Virus record (IMG/VR): IMGVR_UViG_3300021134_000001
Location: 2,824 to 66,823 of that record
DNA: 64,000 nt
Strand: one strand, 5' to 3'
From: a virus
The position numbers were made by a program, and so were the translations under genes. The stretch's first letter is position 1; every line of letters begins with the position of its first letter. Of this stretch, positions 45,701-56,762 are shown piece by piece. The notes beneath the pieces are model-generated. The model worked only from the letters and a program-made list of their open reading frames with translations. It ran no database searches and was not told where the DNA came from.

Positions 45701-48175
45701 GCCCTCTGCGATTGCTGGAACCTCTGGAACTAGAGCAGTGATCTCTTGATCAGCACCAGTTTGAGTGTCCACATCACCGTCGGAAACTACTAGACTCAGA
45801 TTGGAAACCGCTCCACTATCTTGTGTGAATGTCACTTCATAAGTGCCAGTTCCAGGGTAGGTGAAAGTACCATCTGTGTTGCTTGTAGAATCCGCATCAC
45901 CATACATCCAAGTGCCAGACACGCCACCTTCAATAGCAAACGTCCACATATAGGCAGTGCCAGCTGTGAAAGTGCCATCGCCGTTGTCTACTCGATCAGG
46001 AGTAGCGGTGATATGCGGTTGGTACGTAGCAGGAATCTCAGGTACGGCTGGGACACCATCACCGAAGTAATAAGTGCCAGGCAAAGCATAGTTCGAAGTA
46101 AAGCTACCAGTCATTTCATCACGACTAGAAGTTATTTCATATGTTTTACGTTGAACGGCGTTTACACCCAAACTAACAGGCTTTGATAGCTCATTAGGAT
46201 AGAAAGTGATTGTAAAGTCGCCTTCACGTGGATAAGTATATTCTGCAGTTCCGTCTGTAGTCTCTACTTGACCTTGTGGGACAGCAGGTACAGCAGGGAC
46301 ATACGGAGTGAGTTCTTCGAGATCGCCAGTTTGAACAGTGTTGTCTGCATCTAGAACTGTCAGAGACAAATTCGAAACGATACCTGTAGAATCATCAGTA
46401 AATGTTACAGCGTAAGTGCCTGCGCCAGCATAAGTAAACGAACCAGCAGTATCTACAGTACCTTCACCATAGGCGAAAGATCCTGCAGGAGTATTTTCAA
46501 CACTGAAAGACCAAACATATGGATTTCCAGGGATTGTAGTGCCGTTACCGCTGCCGTCGTCAACCATTTCTGGAGACGCAGTAATTCTATTCTTATATGT
46601 AGCATCAATAGCAGGAACCTCTGGGATTCCATCTCCCATTGTGTAGTAGCCACCGCATGTAGGAGACAATGTTAATGCCTTGTACATGAAATATTCAGGT
46701 GAACTGATTACATATGGAACACTAATGTGTGCAGTAAATGATGTTGTAGGATTGTCGTTACCATCATCTGGAGCGAAACGAATTGTAAACGTTCCCTCTC
46801 GGTTGTAGGTGTAAGACACAGCAGTTGCACCGTCGTAGTAAACTTCGCCTTGTGGAACAGCTGGAACCTCTGGGATTGCATCAGCGATCAACTGATCTGG
46901 ACTTGTCTGAGCATCTACGTCGCCATCAGAAACAACTAAACTCAAGTTAGAAACTTGGTTGTCAGACGCACGAGTAAAGGTCACTTCATAAGTGCCAGTA
47001 GCAGGATAAGTGAACACGCCATCAATGTTCGCAGTAGAGTCTACATCACCGTAATTCCATTCGCCAGCAACACCACCTTCGATAGTGAAAGTCCATGCAT
47101 AAGCTGTACCAGGTGAGAATGTTCCATCACCGTTATCTACACGATCAGGTGTAGCAGTGATATGCGGAGCATAAACAGCAGGTACTTCAGGAACTGCAGG
47201 AATGCCATCACCAAAGTAATAGTAACCTGGTAGATCTGGACTGATAGACATATTAGCAATCAAATCATCGCGAGATGCAGTGATCACATACGCTGTAGGC
47301 ATGATTATGTTGATACCTGTAGTGACAGCATAGTTACCATCATCAGGTGTGAACGTGATTGTGTAATCGCCACCAGCAGTGTAAGAGTGCACAGCATTAC
47401 CAGAACCATCACTAGTTACAGTGTTACCATCTCCCATGTCATACACGCCAGACATGCTAGGTGAGACAGAGAGATTACAAACGTCGAAACGAATGCTAGG
47501 ATTGATTGTATAACCTGTACGAGCGATAGCAGTCAGTGTAGGACCAGAACAAGGAGATGACGCAGTATTGTCTGGAACAAATCTGATAGAGTAGGTGCCA
47601 GGAACTTGATACTGATAGTTGGCAACTAAACCTGAAGTATGGACGGAACCTTCTGGCACAGCAGGAACTGCAGGAGAACCTGTGTCTGGAATAGGCTCGC
47701 CAGTGTCAGGATTGATATCTGGTGGAACCTCTGGAATCTCAGCAACAGGGTCGCCGAAGTAGAAAGTACCTTCGTAATTCGCACGACCTAGCGCAGCAAC
47801 CTCTGGTAGAAGAGTAGCCGTAGCCACAACATCCAGAAAGTTGATTGTTGCATCGACAGTGTATTCGCGACCTACCTCGTAGAAAGCGATAACATTGCCA
47901 TCAGCCATAACCTGAGTGTACGAACGAACAGAGTTCAGAATTGCATCATCACCCTGTCCGATCTTGTTCACTATGTCAGTTTCTAACTGAACAACTCGAG
48001 CTTCGAGATCTGTTAGATCACCAGAGCCACTACCACCTGTAGAAGCCGTAGTCTGAATGGTGCCGTCAGGAAATACTAACGGACCAGGCAGTTGTGCGGA
48101 TTCATCTACAGCGAGTTCTCCCAGAGCCACGACTTTACCTTCAATGTCATAGATTGGTTTTAATAAAATTGCCAT
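42761..48175 (-). CDS. very large acidic PKD/Ig-like repeat virion protein
   Basis: 1804 aa; repeated FGD...YTY...G.YT(I/V).F units with PAVPEVPA linkers. Confidence 0.75.
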   Translation of the reverse strand: MAILLKPIYDIEGKVVALGELAVDESAQLPGPLVFPDGTIQTTASTGGSGSGDLTDLEARVVQLETDIVNKIGQGDDAILNSVRSYTQVMADGNVIAFYEVGREYTVDATINFLDVVATATLLPEVAALGRANYEGTFYFGDPVAEIPEVPPDINPDTGEPIPDTGSPAVPAVPEGSVHTSGLVANYQYQVPGTYSIRFVPDNTASSPCSGPTLTAIARTGYTINPSIRFDVCNLSVSPSMSGVYDMGDGNTVTSDGSGNAVHSYTAGGDYTITFTPDDGNYAVTTGINIIMPTAYVITASRDDLIANMSISPDLPGYYYFGDGIPAVPEVPAVYAPHITATPDRVDNGDGTFSPGTAYAWTFTIEGGVAGEWNYGDVDSTANIDGVFTYPATGTYEVTFTRASDNQVSNLSLVVSDGDVDAQTSPDQLIADAIPEVPAVPQGEVYYDGATAVSYTYNREGTFTIRFAPDDGNDNPTTSFTAHISVPYVISSPEYFMYKALTLSPTCGGYYTMGDGIPEVPAIDATYKNRITASPEMVDDGSGNGTTIPGNPYVWSFSVENTPAGSFAYGEGTVDTAGSFTYAGAGTYAVTFTDDSTGIVSNLSLTVLDADNTVQTGDLEELTPYVPAVPAVPQGQVETTDGTAEYTYPREGDFTITFYPNELSKPVSLGVNAVQRKTYEITSSRDEMTGSFTSNYALPGTYYFGDGVPAVPEIPATYQPHITATPDRVDNGDGTFTAGTAYMWTFAIEGGVSGTWMYGDADSTSNTDGTFTYPGTGTYEVTFTQDSGAVSNLSLVVSDGDVDTQTGADQEITALVPEVPAIAEGTATSSDGTASYTYPREGTYTIRYVPDDHNYEATTTCIAHTSVPYVISSPEYFMYKTLSLSPTCGGYYNMGDYVAAIPEVPAVNKNKITATPDASDPPVPYMFTFSVENAPAGSFGYGDEAATVDTSGVFTYPGPGTYAVTFTDDATGYVSNLSLIVDDAPVAQTGELEEISPYVPEVPAIPAGEVTTTDGTAEYTYPRVGDYTITFYPNELSKPVTLDVSAVERTSYSITASRDERTATLSSSPALPGVYHFGDYVPAVPEVPAVYKKQIVATPAYDPVPLTFIFDTGVEGIYSYGDAESTTDETPNGVSEMIYTAAGDYTVTFTEASTGAVSTMTLSVPDVDPVAQTSPEEILTEAIPEVPAIEEGTLTTSDGTGTYEYAREGTFTITYIPDDHNYNATTEFISHNSVPYVISSPEYFLYKTLSLSPTCGGVYRMGDYVPEVVGVYKAHIIATPSADNSLAFTFTNDGVTRFSRIAHRLRAAKRGKSAGQYSYGDPDGTVNADGAFTYAAAGTYTVTFTDDTNGSVSTMQLEVLDSGSIEQVSDNEWLVVPEPAIPEGVIETTDGVVEYTYARAGDYTITFEPNELSKPVTLDVNAVARTDYSIVAMRDERTATLASAPALAGTYYFGDAQPAIPEVPATYGLQMTATPDYDNGQWKFNFSNNKGIGGMYAFGDEAGSSFLSADGNATFTYPAASSVTVSFMASDDTMVMITPLDIPDADPVAQSSATVELTPTIPEVPAVPEGTLTTGDGTGTYTYPLDGTFTIRYVPDDHNYEATTTFVSHTSVPYVITPTPNYLNVSLALDIPCGGTYYFGDAVAEVTDPDTGEVTTPAIPQGTLETADGTGTYAYRAAGTYTITFSPNELSKPVTADVTVEEAPPTPPDPVTMSVTSAVGMDFVFSINPPTAGRFNFPEAANSWVTVTAEESVSTPHTFEVPGGWLIQFFPANDPNGGYVWMDVMTPATSEALLVKSKYERKRK

Positions 48176-48187
48176 GGCTCAAACTCC

Positions 48188-49240
48188 TTAGATAAACTTA
48201 ATAGGCTTCAATGTTCCGTTTGTGTCGAAGAATGGAAGCGACTTGTTTGCAACTTCTTGTACAGCAGCTTGTACATCAGTAGCTGCGATAGCAACAGTCT
48301 GAGTAGTGCCAGCAACTGGAGCAAATGAGATTGCAGAAGCAGCGTGAGCACCAGTAGTATTGTTGATGTGGTCTTGGATTGAACCAGCGGCGCCACCTGT
48401 AGCATCGTTCAATGCTTGTTCTAACTCATCGATAGCACCTTGAACGTTTACAGATGTAACGACACCTGTGCCACTTGGTGTGTGCTTAACTTGTACAGAC
48501 TCATAATCGCCATCTGCAGGTGCAACTACACCAGAACGACCATTGAAAGCATTTACATAGTTGCGACCATTGATACCAGCAACTTGAGTCTCGAGGATCT
48601 CTAAAGCTGTGTCAGTTTGGTCTAATGCAGTTTGTACATCAGTGCCTTTGAGGACACGATGATTTGCTGGGTCGTATGAGGTACCTTTAGCAGTTTGTGT
48701 GCGAGCTGAGTAGGCTAAATGAACCCACTTGGTAGTAGTCGCATTGTAAGCTAACCAGTCGCCAACTTCAACTTTCACACCAGATGCGTCACCAACTGTA
48801 CGAGTACCAGCTGTGTTGAAGATGTAGTATGGAGCAGCTGTAGTACCAGCAGCAGGTTTAGCAGGATCAGCATCATTGAAGCCGAGTGTACCAGCAAACT
48901 TTGTACCAGACTGAACGCTAGAGATGCTAGACTCAAGAGACTGTAAAGCACCTTGAACTTCAGTAGCACCACCGATTAGAGGAGATACAGTAATGTCAAT
49001 AGCTGAGTAGTCGCCAGCTTGTGGAGTGATTGCTCCGGTGCGACCTGAGAATGTAGAAACGTTACCTTCACCAGGAATGTATGCAGTAGTTTGTTGTGTG
49101 CCGTCTTGGAACTCTAGAGGACCAGGAACGATTGCTATGTCGCCTTGTACGAGTTCGCCTAAGCCAACTACTTTACCTTCGACGTCGCGAATTGGTTTAA
49201 TTAAAATTGCGGAAACGCCAGCTTTTGGGGCAATTGCCAT
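48188..49240 (-). CDS. fibre-like structural protein
   Basis: FNGR.G.V repeats, VQ.AL.EL repeats. Confidence 0.7.
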   Translation of the reverse strand: MAIAPKAGVSAILIKPIRDVEGKVVGLGELVQGDIAIVPGPLEFQDGTQQTTAYIPGEGNVSTFSGRTGAITPQAGDYSAIDITVSPLIGGATEVQGALQSLESSISSVQSGTKFAGTLGFNDADPAKPAAGTTAAPYYIFNTAGTRTVGDASGVKVEVGDWLAYNATTTKWVHLAYSARTQTAKGTSYDPANHRVLKGTDVQTALDQTDTALEILETQVAGINGRNYVNAFNGRSGVVAPADGDYESVQVKHTPSGTGVVTSVNVQGAIDELEQALNDATGGAAGSIQDHINNTTGAHAASAISFAPVAGTTQTVAIAATDVQAAVQEVANKSLPFFDTNGTLKPIKFI

Positions 49241-49252
49241 AGTGAAACTCCT

Positions 49253-49612
49253 TTAGGGATTGAGTGGAAATGCGGATGATGATCCGTTTGTGTCGAAGAA
49301 TGGGAATGTAGATGTGACTGAGACTTTGACAGTTCCTGGTTCAATACCAGGAGATGCTGTAAGACCAGGACCTAATTCTAAACTACCAGGTGTCAGACCT
49401 CCACCACTACCAGGCTCACCCTGTGGTCCGACTAAACTTGCTAGCCATTCGTCTTCTGTACCAACGAAACCGTTGGCTAATGCAACTTCATACGCTGAGA
49501 GGCCAGGGTCGCCTTTGGGACCCTGTTCTCCTTGAGGACCTTGCGGTCCCTGTGGACCAGGTTCACCTGGCCCACCTGACAAGTATTGTAATGTATCTGG
49601 ATATCCGGACAT
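49253..49612 (-). CDS. short collagen-like protein
   Basis: GXY repeats, SAYEVA..NGF.GTE.EWLASL motif. Confidence 0.75.
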   Translation of the reverse strand: MSGYPDTLQYLSGGPGEPGPQGPQGPQGEQGPKGDPGLSAYEVALANGFVGTEDEWLASLVGPQGEPGSGGGLTPGSLELGPGLTASPGIEPGTVKVSVTSTFPFFDTNGSSSAFPLNP

Positions 49613-49621
49613 AGTGACTCC

Positions 49622-50302
49622 TTACGGTGTGAGTGTGATAGAGACTTTGACACCCTGTTGTAGAGGGGCATTTGCTGGATCGTTACCCATGTCCGTGCAA
49701 GTCATAGTCTTAGTTCCAGATGTTTTGTATTGATATGTTATTGTGCTAGTTCCATACATTGCAGACTCATTAGAGACTCCATCACCATCGAAGTCCCAGA
49801 AATAGGTGCCAGATCCGCCAACTGCTGTGAATGTTACTTCACGAGTTGTACCAGTCTTAACGTAAGTTACATCAGTTAGAATAGTAACTGAAGGAGGCGT
49901 ATACTTTGGAACTGTTACACGATTTTCTACGAACTCGAAATTTACGACATCTGAGACAGATACGTCAAAATCACCATCGCTTCTAAACGTTCTAATCCAA
50001 ACCTTCCCTGCTGTAGTGTGTGTTGTATCGCCAGGCAGAACCTTCCACATATATCCAGTAGGACTATCGCTCTTTCCACCCCAAGCAGTTAATTCCATTT
50101 CATATGGATTGCCTGTAGGTTTATAGCGAACTTCAGTTAGAAAACTAGGCTCAACTTCAGGTGCTGCTGTAGGATAGACGTCCTTCCAGACGCCACCTAC
50201 ATTTACCTTAGCAACTGCAACAGATTTCCATACGCCACCAACGTTTACTTTACTAGGAGTGCCTTCTTTCCAGACACCTCCAACATTAGTGGCTATGCTC
50301 AT
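49622..50302 (-). CDS. fibre-tip protein with PKD-like domains
   Basis: three NVGGVWK repeats, WDFDGDG. Confidence 0.65.
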   Translation of the reverse strand: MSIATNVGGVWKEGTPSKVNVGGVWKSVAVAKVNVGGVWKDVYPTAAPEVEPSFLTEVRYKPTGNPYEMELTAWGGKSDSPTGYMWKVLPGDTTHTTAGKVWIRTFRSDGDFDVSVSDVVNFEFVENRVTVPKYTPPSVTILTDVTYVKTGTTREVTFTAVGGSGTYFWDFDGDGVSNESAMYGTSTITYQYKTSGTKTMTCTDMGNDPANAPLQQGVKVSITLTP

Positions 50303-52140
50303 GGTGTATACCTCACAAGTAACGCACCTTCAGGATAACCAGAAGCAGCAGGTTCAGTAGCACCATCGGCGATTGAAACAATCGTTGCGCCAGCAGGTGC
50401 TTGGATTGCGGCAATAGCGTCATCAACATACTGTTTAGTTGTTGCATGTGAAGTAGCCGTTGGCATGCCAGGCAATGCGATAGGATTCATTGAGGTATGT
50501 GTTGTACCATCAAATGTCCATTTTAATGCACCGCTAACATATACACCAATGCCTGTACTTACTTTAGACATGTAGGCACCACCAGTACCAAACTGGACGC
50601 CAACGCCTGTTGCAGCCGTAATAAGTGGTTTATAGGAGTATACAGCAGAACTACTAAATGCCATTAAATCAGTTGCACCAAATCTAAAAGATACACCACC
50701 TGTAGCAGTGAACATAGAATAAGTGTTAGCATAATTCATCACTATACCAGCAGGCATAGTAATTGGGCCAGTCATAGTTCCACCAGCTAATGGTAGATAC
50801 GCACCAGCTTGTGCACCGACATAGACTAAACCGTCTGTACCGAGCTTAGCAGTGTTGTTCGCATCTGCAGATACAGCTGTAGGACCCGCAGGACCTTGCG
50901 CTCCTTGAGGACCAGTAGCACCTGCAGGACCTTCAGCTCCTTGCGGACCTGTAGGACCAACGATTGGACCGGCGTTTACGAAGGCTGCAGAAGTATCTGA
51001 CCAAACCCAAGCATCGCCTGTAGCGTCAATAATATAGGCATCACCTTGCGCCGCTGTTGCAGGAAGGTCGCCAACAGTCGCTACACGACCTTTAAATGTA
51101 ATACCTAATCCCGGAATACCTTGATCGCCTTGATCACCTTTAGGACCGACTTCGCCTTGCGGACCAATAGGACCAATGTCGCCTTGTGGACCAATAGGAC
51201 CAATGTCGCCTTGTGGACCTTGTGGACCAACTGCGCCATCAGCGCCGTCTTTACCAGCAGGACCTGTAGCGCCATCGTTACCGGTAGGACCAATATCGCC
51301 TTGTGGACCTTGAGCACCATCTTTGCCGTCTACGCCAGGAGTGCCATCAGCACCAGGCGCACCGTCCTGTCCGGCAGGACCTTGAATTCCTTGCGGACCT
51401 TCAGGACCAATAGGACCAACTTCGCCTTGAACACCTTGTGGACCTTGCGGGCCAGTGTCGCCTTTAGGACCAACGATCTTGCCGATATTCAAATACGAAT
51501 TATCAGTGTCAGACCAGGAGTAAGCGTTACCATCAGCATCGACAATGTATGTATCGCCTTGAGCGGCGCCAGTAGGCAAGTCAGCAACAGTCGCTACGTG
51601 ACCTTTTAAATTGATACCCATACCAGCAGGACCTTGCGGACCAGCGGCACCAGCAGGACCTTCAGCACCATCGACGCCAGCTGGACCTTGTGGACCAACT
51701 TCGCCAGGAATACCTTGCTCGCCTTGCTTGCCTGGTAATCCAGGTTTGCCATCAGCGCCCGCAGGACCTTCAAGACCTTGAGGGCCAGGAGCACCGTCTT
51801 GACCGACTAAGCGGCCCATACTATTGAAACCGCGACCAGTAGATGTTTGTGCAATAGGAACACAGAGCCAACCTTCGCCCCACTGATCATCTATGTAAAA
51901 ATCGCCGAGCTCGTTATTAGTTGCTTCTGGATCTAACGCAGCTTGAGTTGGAATACGACCCTTATATTGCATCCCTTGGCCAGCAGGACCAGGCTCACCT
52001 TGAGGACCTTGTGGTCCAGGCAAACCTGCACCTACTGATACAACATTCCATACAGAACCATCCCATTGATATTGAACTCCATTGGGTGCTGTGTAAACTT
52101 CATCTACCGCAGGAGTATCTGGAAAATTCATTGTTGCCAT
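50299..52140 (-). CDS. collagen-like fibre protein
   Basis: long GXY runs, [19 protein letters not shown]. Confidence 0.85.
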   Translation of the reverse strand: MATMNFPDTPAVDEVYTAPNGVQYQWDGSVWNVVSVGAGLPGPQGPQGEPGPAGQGMQYKGRIPTQAALDPEATNNELGDFYIDDQWGEGWLCVPIAQTSTGRGFNSMGRLVGQDGAPGPQGLEGPAGADGKPGLPGKQGEQGIPGEVGPQGPAGVDGAEGPAGAAGPQGPAGMGINLKGHVATVADLPTGAAQGDTYIVDADGNAYSWSDTDNSYLNIGKIVGPKGDTGPQGPQGVQGEVGPIGPEGPQGIQGPAGQDGAPGADGTPGVDGKDGAQGPQGDIGPTGNDGATGPAGKDGADGAVGPQGPQGDIGPIGPQGDIGPIGPQGEVGPKGDQGDQGIPGLGITFKGRVATVGDLPATAAQGDAYIIDATGDAWVWSDTSAAFVNAGPIVGPTGPQGAEGPAGATGPQGAQGPAGPTAVSADANNTAKLGTDGLVYVGAQAGAYLPLAGGTMTGPITMPAGIVMNYANTYSMFTATGGVSFRFGATDLMAFSSSAVYSYKPLITAATGVGVQFGTGGAYMSKVSTGIGVYVSGALKWTFDGTTHTSMNPIALPGMPTATSHATTKQYVDDAIAAIQAPAGATIVSIADGATEPAASGYPEGALLVRYTP

Positions 52141-52155
52141 AATTTAATTCCTTTA

Positions 52156-55035
52156 TTATTTAATGATTTTCAGAAGAGCTGCGACTTGTGACTGTAACTC
52201 AGCAACTTGCGCTTGTAACTGCGCAATCTCAGGGGTTGGTGCCGCGCCAATAGAAACGATTTCGATCCATTGTGCTGACGTACCATCATTGTAGTATGAG
52301 AAGAGTGAACCAGTGGCAGTGTTTAACCATAACTGATTTGCAGATGGAACTGTAGGTGGAACTTCACCGCTATAAACAGAGGCAGCGCCTGCTGGAGATG
52401 CGGTTTGTACCCACTGTGAACTAGTACCATCACTTAAGTAAATATACATTGTACCGTTTAAGGTACAGAACCAAAGATCGTTCTCTAAAGCTGTAGAAGG
52501 TGGAGCATCGCTAGCAGATATATTAGCATTGCCAGTACCTGTGCCACCGCCGCTATCTGCAGTAACTGGAACATAGATGAAACCATCAGAACCAAGACGT
52601 GCAGCGTTATCTCTATCGCTAGAAACTACTGTAGGACCAGCAGGACCTTGAGCACCGTCGTTACCGTTTAGACCGTTTTGGCCGTTCTGTCCAGGCATAC
52701 CTTGAGGACCAACAGGACCTTGTTCGCCTTGTGGACCAACGATTGGGCCTAAATTGATAAACGCATTATTAGCATCAGACCACGACCAAGCATCGCCAGT
52801 TGCATCAATAATATATGTATCGCCTTGCTTAGCATTCTTTGGTAAATCTGCGACAGTTGGAATACGACCTAATAAGGTAATACCAACGCCAGCGGCACCT
52901 TGAGGACCTTGAGGACCCTGTGCACCATCAACGCCATCTTTACCGTCTTTGCCAGCAGGACCAGCGTCGCCTTTGGCACCAGTAGGACCAGGAGCGCCTT
53001 GCGGACCTTGAGCGCCAGTAGCGCCTTGTGGGCCTTGCGGACCTTGCATTCCCATAGGACCAGGAGCGCCAGGCGTGCCTGATGGACCCATAGGACCTTG
53101 TGGACCACGAGGACCCATAGGACCTGGCAAACCATCGCCAGAACCTGTGCCACCGCCACCACCAGTTGCAGTTACCATTAGTTGCCATGCATTACCAGAA
53201 GCGATGACAGCATCAGCGCTAATAAACTCTTGTGGCGCTACGCCATTAGAGGTAGACTTAGCGACGTAAAGACCATAGCCATATGAAACAACATCGCCAC
53301 GACTATATTCGCGGTTAGAATTCCATAAACCTTTAAAGTCAGTAATAGGCAACTCATATGTGTCATACTGAGTTAACCATTGTTTTGTTACCATGTCCTG
53401 TATCATAGAGATAACAGGTAAATCGAATGAAATACGTGAGCCATCGCTCTTAATGAAAGCTAGTTCTTCAGTAGCATAGTCATACACGCAATCGATAATA
53501 TCAAGAGCATCAAGACCTTTTTCGCCTTGAGGACCTTGAGGGCCTAAGTCACCTTTGATACCACGTTCACCGCGCTTGCATAATAGATTCCAATCTGGAG
53601 TTGAGCCAGGCTCGCCTTCAGGCTGAGATTTGTTTGCTATCCAAGCAGACCCCGACGACGAGATGACGACATCAAGTCTTTCATAATTTGTATCAGCATT
53701 CCAAGCCTTACGAAACTCAAAGCCACGAAGAACGAGGCTGTAAGCTGTGCTAGAGCCAGGAGTACTATCACTATCTCGATTGGCGACATAATATCTTCCA
53801 TCGTGTTCTACCCACTGACCCGCCTTGACAACAGTATCAGGAGTCCATTGTTGAACTTTACTACGGTTGGCTTCAGCGATAGCCATCTCGAACTGAAGAG
53901 ATTTAGTTTTCGCTACAGCGATTTGTTTATCAAATTCAAATAACTGATCGGCAATAGCTGCCTTTTGCATTTCAATGAGTTCATTTGTAGCGTCTTTTAC
54001 TTCGTCTTCAAGAGCAGCTTTAGTGAGTGTTAACTCTTCTTCAGCAGCCTTGGCAATTAAATCCTGTGCCATTAGATATTCATCTACGGCTTCTAATTTC
54101 AGGTTTACTTGTGCTTGAGTGTCTTGGACGAATGATTTAAACTGTTCAGTATAGTTACTATTCCACTCAGTAACGATGTCATCGAGGTGTTTCTTGACAT
54201 CCTCTGGTGACACTTTAAGCGACTCGATTAGGTCATTATCGCACTTGAATACGGCTAAGAACTCTTCAGCGTTGAAGTTTTTACCATCAACACCATCAGC
54301 GCCTTTAATCACGCCAAGATCGATAGACTGACCATCACTCATTTCAATAGTGAGTTCGCCAGTTTCGCTAAGTTCAAAAGCCTTAATACTTAGGCCTTCA
54401 GGTCCACTTTCTCCGCGTTCTCCTTGGTCGCCTTTTTCACCAACAGGGCCGGCAATGCCTTCTTGACCTTGAGGTCCTGTGATGGATTTAACGAACTCTT
54501 CGTCAGATAAGAGACTTGCCTTAACTTCGTCGACGGTAACAGATTGACCAGATTCACCTTGCTCTCCTTGAGGACCTTGAGCGCCTGTGTCACCTTTTTC
54601 ACCAACTAAAGATTTCACAAACTCAACGTCGTTGATTAGAACTTCTTTAACTTGTTCAATAGTGACTGACTCGCCGGCTTCGCCTTGCTCGCCTTTTTCA
54701 CCTTGCAAACCTTGCTCGCCTTGTAGTCCTTGTGGACCTTGAGCGCGTAAGATAAATGTTTCGTCAGCGATGAGAGAGGCCACGACTTCATCAACAGACA
54801 CACTAGTGCCGTCTTGACCATCAATGCCCTTTTCACCTTGCGGACCGATCTCGCCTTGGAGACCTTGCTCGCCTTGTGGACCTTGCTCACCTGCAGGAAT
54901 AGCCTTGACTAAATCAAATACTTCCTTGAGTTTGTCATTAGATTCTTGGATAATGTCAAGGACGATTTGGTCCTTTTCATCCACATATTGTTTCATTTGC
55001 GTTGCAACGGCAACTAGACCCTTTTCTACTGTCAT
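52156..55035 (-). CDS. large collagen-like / coiled-coil virion protein with carbohydrate-binding-like repeats
   Basis: GXY runs, W....Y..GDVV repeats; start set at ATG 55035 after AAGGA. Confidence 0.8.
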   Translation of the reverse strand: MTVEKGLVAVATQMKQYVDEKDQIVLDIIQESNDKLKEVFDLVKAIPAGEQGPQGEQGLQGEIGPQGEKGIDGQDGTSVSVDEVVASLIADETFILRAQGPQGLQGEQGLQGEKGEQGEAGESVTIEQVKEVLINDVEFVKSLVGEKGDTGAQGPQGEQGESGQSVTVDEVKASLLSDEEFVKSITGPQGQEGIAGPVGEKGDQGERGESGPEGLSIKAFELSETGELTIEMSDGQSIDLGVIKGADGVDGKNFNAEEFLAVFKCDNDLIESLKVSPEDVKKHLDDIVTEWNSNYTEQFKSFVQDTQAQVNLKLEAVDEYLMAQDLIAKAAEEELTLTKAALEDEVKDATNELIEMQKAAIADQLFEFDKQIAVAKTKSLQFEMAIAEANRSKVQQWTPDTVVKAGQWVEHDGRYYVANRDSDSTPGSSTAYSLVLRGFEFRKAWNADTNYERLDVVISSSGSAWIANKSQPEGEPGSTPDWNLLCKRGERGIKGDLGPQGPQGEKGLDALDIIDCVYDYATEELAFIKSDGSRISFDLPVISMIQDMVTKQWLTQYDTYELPITDFKGLWNSNREYSRGDVVSYGYGLYVAKSTSNGVAPQEFISADAVIASGNAWQLMVTATGGGGGTGSGDGLPGPMGPRGPQGPMGPSGTPGAPGPMGMQGPQGPQGATGAQGPQGAPGPTGAKGDAGPAGKDGKDGVDGAQGPQGPQGAAGVGITLLGRIPTVADLPKNAKQGDTYIIDATGDAWSWSDANNAFINLGPIVGPQGEQGPVGPQGMPGQNGQNGLNGNDGAQGPAGPTVVSSDRDNAARLGSDGFIYVPVTADSGGGTGTGNANISASDAPPSTALENDLWFCTLNGTMYIYLSDGTSSQWVQTASPAGAASVYSGEVPPTVPSANQLWLNTATGSLFSYYNDGTSAQWIEIVSIGAAPTPEIAQLQAQVAELQSQVAALLKIIK

Positions 55036-55125
55036 GTTTCTATTCCTTATCGTGAAGCCGATTTTAATTACGTGAGAAGTAAACAACTTTCCAAAGACCG
55101 TGTTTAGCGGCCTTCAGAAAACTGT

Positions 55126-55365
55126 TTACGAATTAGCGACTTTAAGCGCTTTCGCGATCGCGTCGTTTAAACGTTTCTTTGGTTCTGGATCTGTATCAGA
55201 TAGACCTTCAATGAGAATATCAAGGAAGTCTTTTGTGGCTTGTTCGGTCAACGGATCTTCAGTGTCAAGAAATTCTTGGAACATTGCCCATTCTTGTTCA
55301 AAATCATCTTGTTGTCCAAGATACTCACCGAATAAATTCTCTGCGTCATCTCTTGAAAATGCCAT
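55126..55365 (-). CDS. small acidic protein, candidate immunity protein
   Basis: 79 aa, D/E-rich, immediately downstream of HNH-bearing gene. Confidence 0.55.
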   Translation of the reverse strand: MAFSRDDAENLFGEYLGQQDDFEQEWAMFQEFLDTEDPLTEQATKDFLDILIEGLSDTDPEPKKRLNDAIAKALKVANS

Positions 55366-55368
55366 ACA

Positions 55369-56517
55369 TTACCTCTTCTTAATTGGTTTATTAGGTTCAA
55401 TTGGACTTTTGGTTAAATATCCGCGAATCTCATTAATAGCGTTAGGTTTTTGATACACAACGCCTTTGCGATCAAACATTAGTTTACTGCCTTTTTTATA
55501 AACACCAGCTTTAATAGCAATGTCCATATAAGGCTTAACTTGTTGATTGACTTTTGTCTCTAACTTCTTAAACTCAGAAGCAGACATAGGCTTACTTCCG
55601 TCTTTACCATACTTAGCATTACGTAACTTACCCGCCTGAGAGCCTAACTGTTTAGTCACGTTATTTTGGGCACGAGCAGCTGTAGCTGTTTCAATCCTAG
55701 GATACACACCAAGGTTGCCTGGTTTCGTTCCTTTCGCAGTGCGAATAGGATTTATAACAGCCTCTAACATATGAGCCACGGTGTGTTCGCCACCATTCAG
55801 CAAAGCCATGTTTTTGCCAGAGTTAGAGCCACCTTTGCCGCCGGAAATCTTATGATGCCATTCCCAGTTCATTGTTGACAAACCACGCTCAGCCAGATAC
55901 TTCTTTTGACCTTGAGATTCAAACTTATGAGCCTCTACTCCAGTGCCTTGACGTTTACTTGCATGCGCATATAAATCATTCATCATAACGCGAGCAGCAT
56001 AGACTCCAGCAGGACCTTTGCTTCTAAGACCATCAATATCCTTCATAGACATTGGAGGTTTCCATGAACTCTTAGATGAGAAGTCACCTTCTTTTACTGT
56101 AGGAGTTCTTGGTGCCTTAGGCATAGATGCATCGTAACCTTTTGGAGGTTTCTCTGACTTACTCCATTGACCACTGTAGTATACACCACCATCACTAGCA
56201 TCGCGTTTATAATACGGATCGGTAATAGCGTTATCAGAATGATAAGCACCAGACACTTGCTTCTTGTCCATATCACGCTTCGGACCACCAGCAGCGTCTA
56301 GTTGCGCTTTCATCTTAGCAGCCGCAGCTGGAGACATTGTCCCAGCGGTAGGCTTAGGAGTGCCAGCAGCACCACCCTTAGAGGGCTTAGCGGTGCCAGC
56401 ACCTCTTGCGCCACCTCCACGAGACGTGAATTGGCCATTCTTGCTATCATGATATGGATTACCTTTTTCAACGAAGAGAAGAGATTTGAGAAACTCTAAA
56501 CAGGTTTCTTTATTCAT
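55369..56517 (-). CDS. basic protein with NPYHD..GQF motif and HNH nuclease domain
   Basis: GNPYHDSKNGQFT; WHH...GG.N...N..L....EH...H. Confidence 0.65.
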   Translation of the reverse strand: MNKETCLEFLKSLLFVEKGNPYHDSKNGQFTSRGGGARGAGTAKPSKGGAAGTPKPTAGTMSPAAAAKMKAQLDAAGGPKRDMDKKQVSGAYHSDNAITDPYYKRDASDGGVYYSGQWSKSEKPPKGYDASMPKAPRTPTVKEGDFSSKSSWKPPMSMKDIDGLRSKGPAGVYAARVMMNDLYAHASKRQGTGVEAHKFESQGQKKYLAERGLSTMNWEWHHKISGGKGGSNSGKNMALLNGGEHTVAHMLEAVINPIRTAKGTKPGNLGVYPRIETATAARAQNNVTKQLGSQAGKLRNAKYGKDGSKPMSASEFKKLETKVNQQVKPYMDIAIKAGVYKKGSKLMFDRKGVVYQKPNAINEIRGYLTKSPIEPNKPIKKR

Positions 56518-56526
56518 ACTATCTCC

Positions 56527-56754
56527 TTAGTCGTTACCACTTTCAAAACTAATTTCGAATTCATCTTTAGAGAAACGAATTTCAATATCGATGTCTTCTG
56601 AAATGGTCGATTCATTAGCCACTAAGTATGCGCGTGCTTCGGCAACGACTTTATCAAAATCTTCTAGTACAGATTCATTTGGATCGTTTGAAACAGGCTC
56701 TTCACCTAGTAGACCTTTTGCGCGTTTAAGCGCCTCTTGTAGACGAGCGTCCAT
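56527..56754 (-). CDS. small acidic hypothetical protein
   Basis: 75-aa ORF with RBS. Confidence 0.6.
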   Translation of the reverse strand: MDARLQEALKRAKGLLGEEPVSNDPNESVLEDFDKVVAEARAYLVANESTISEDIDIEIRFSKDEFEISFESGND

Positions 56755-56762
56755 AGTATTCC

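Noticed and set aside
49260-55075. Numerous alternative-frame and antisense ORFs over the collagen genes
   Set aside because: By-products of GXY codon periodicity.
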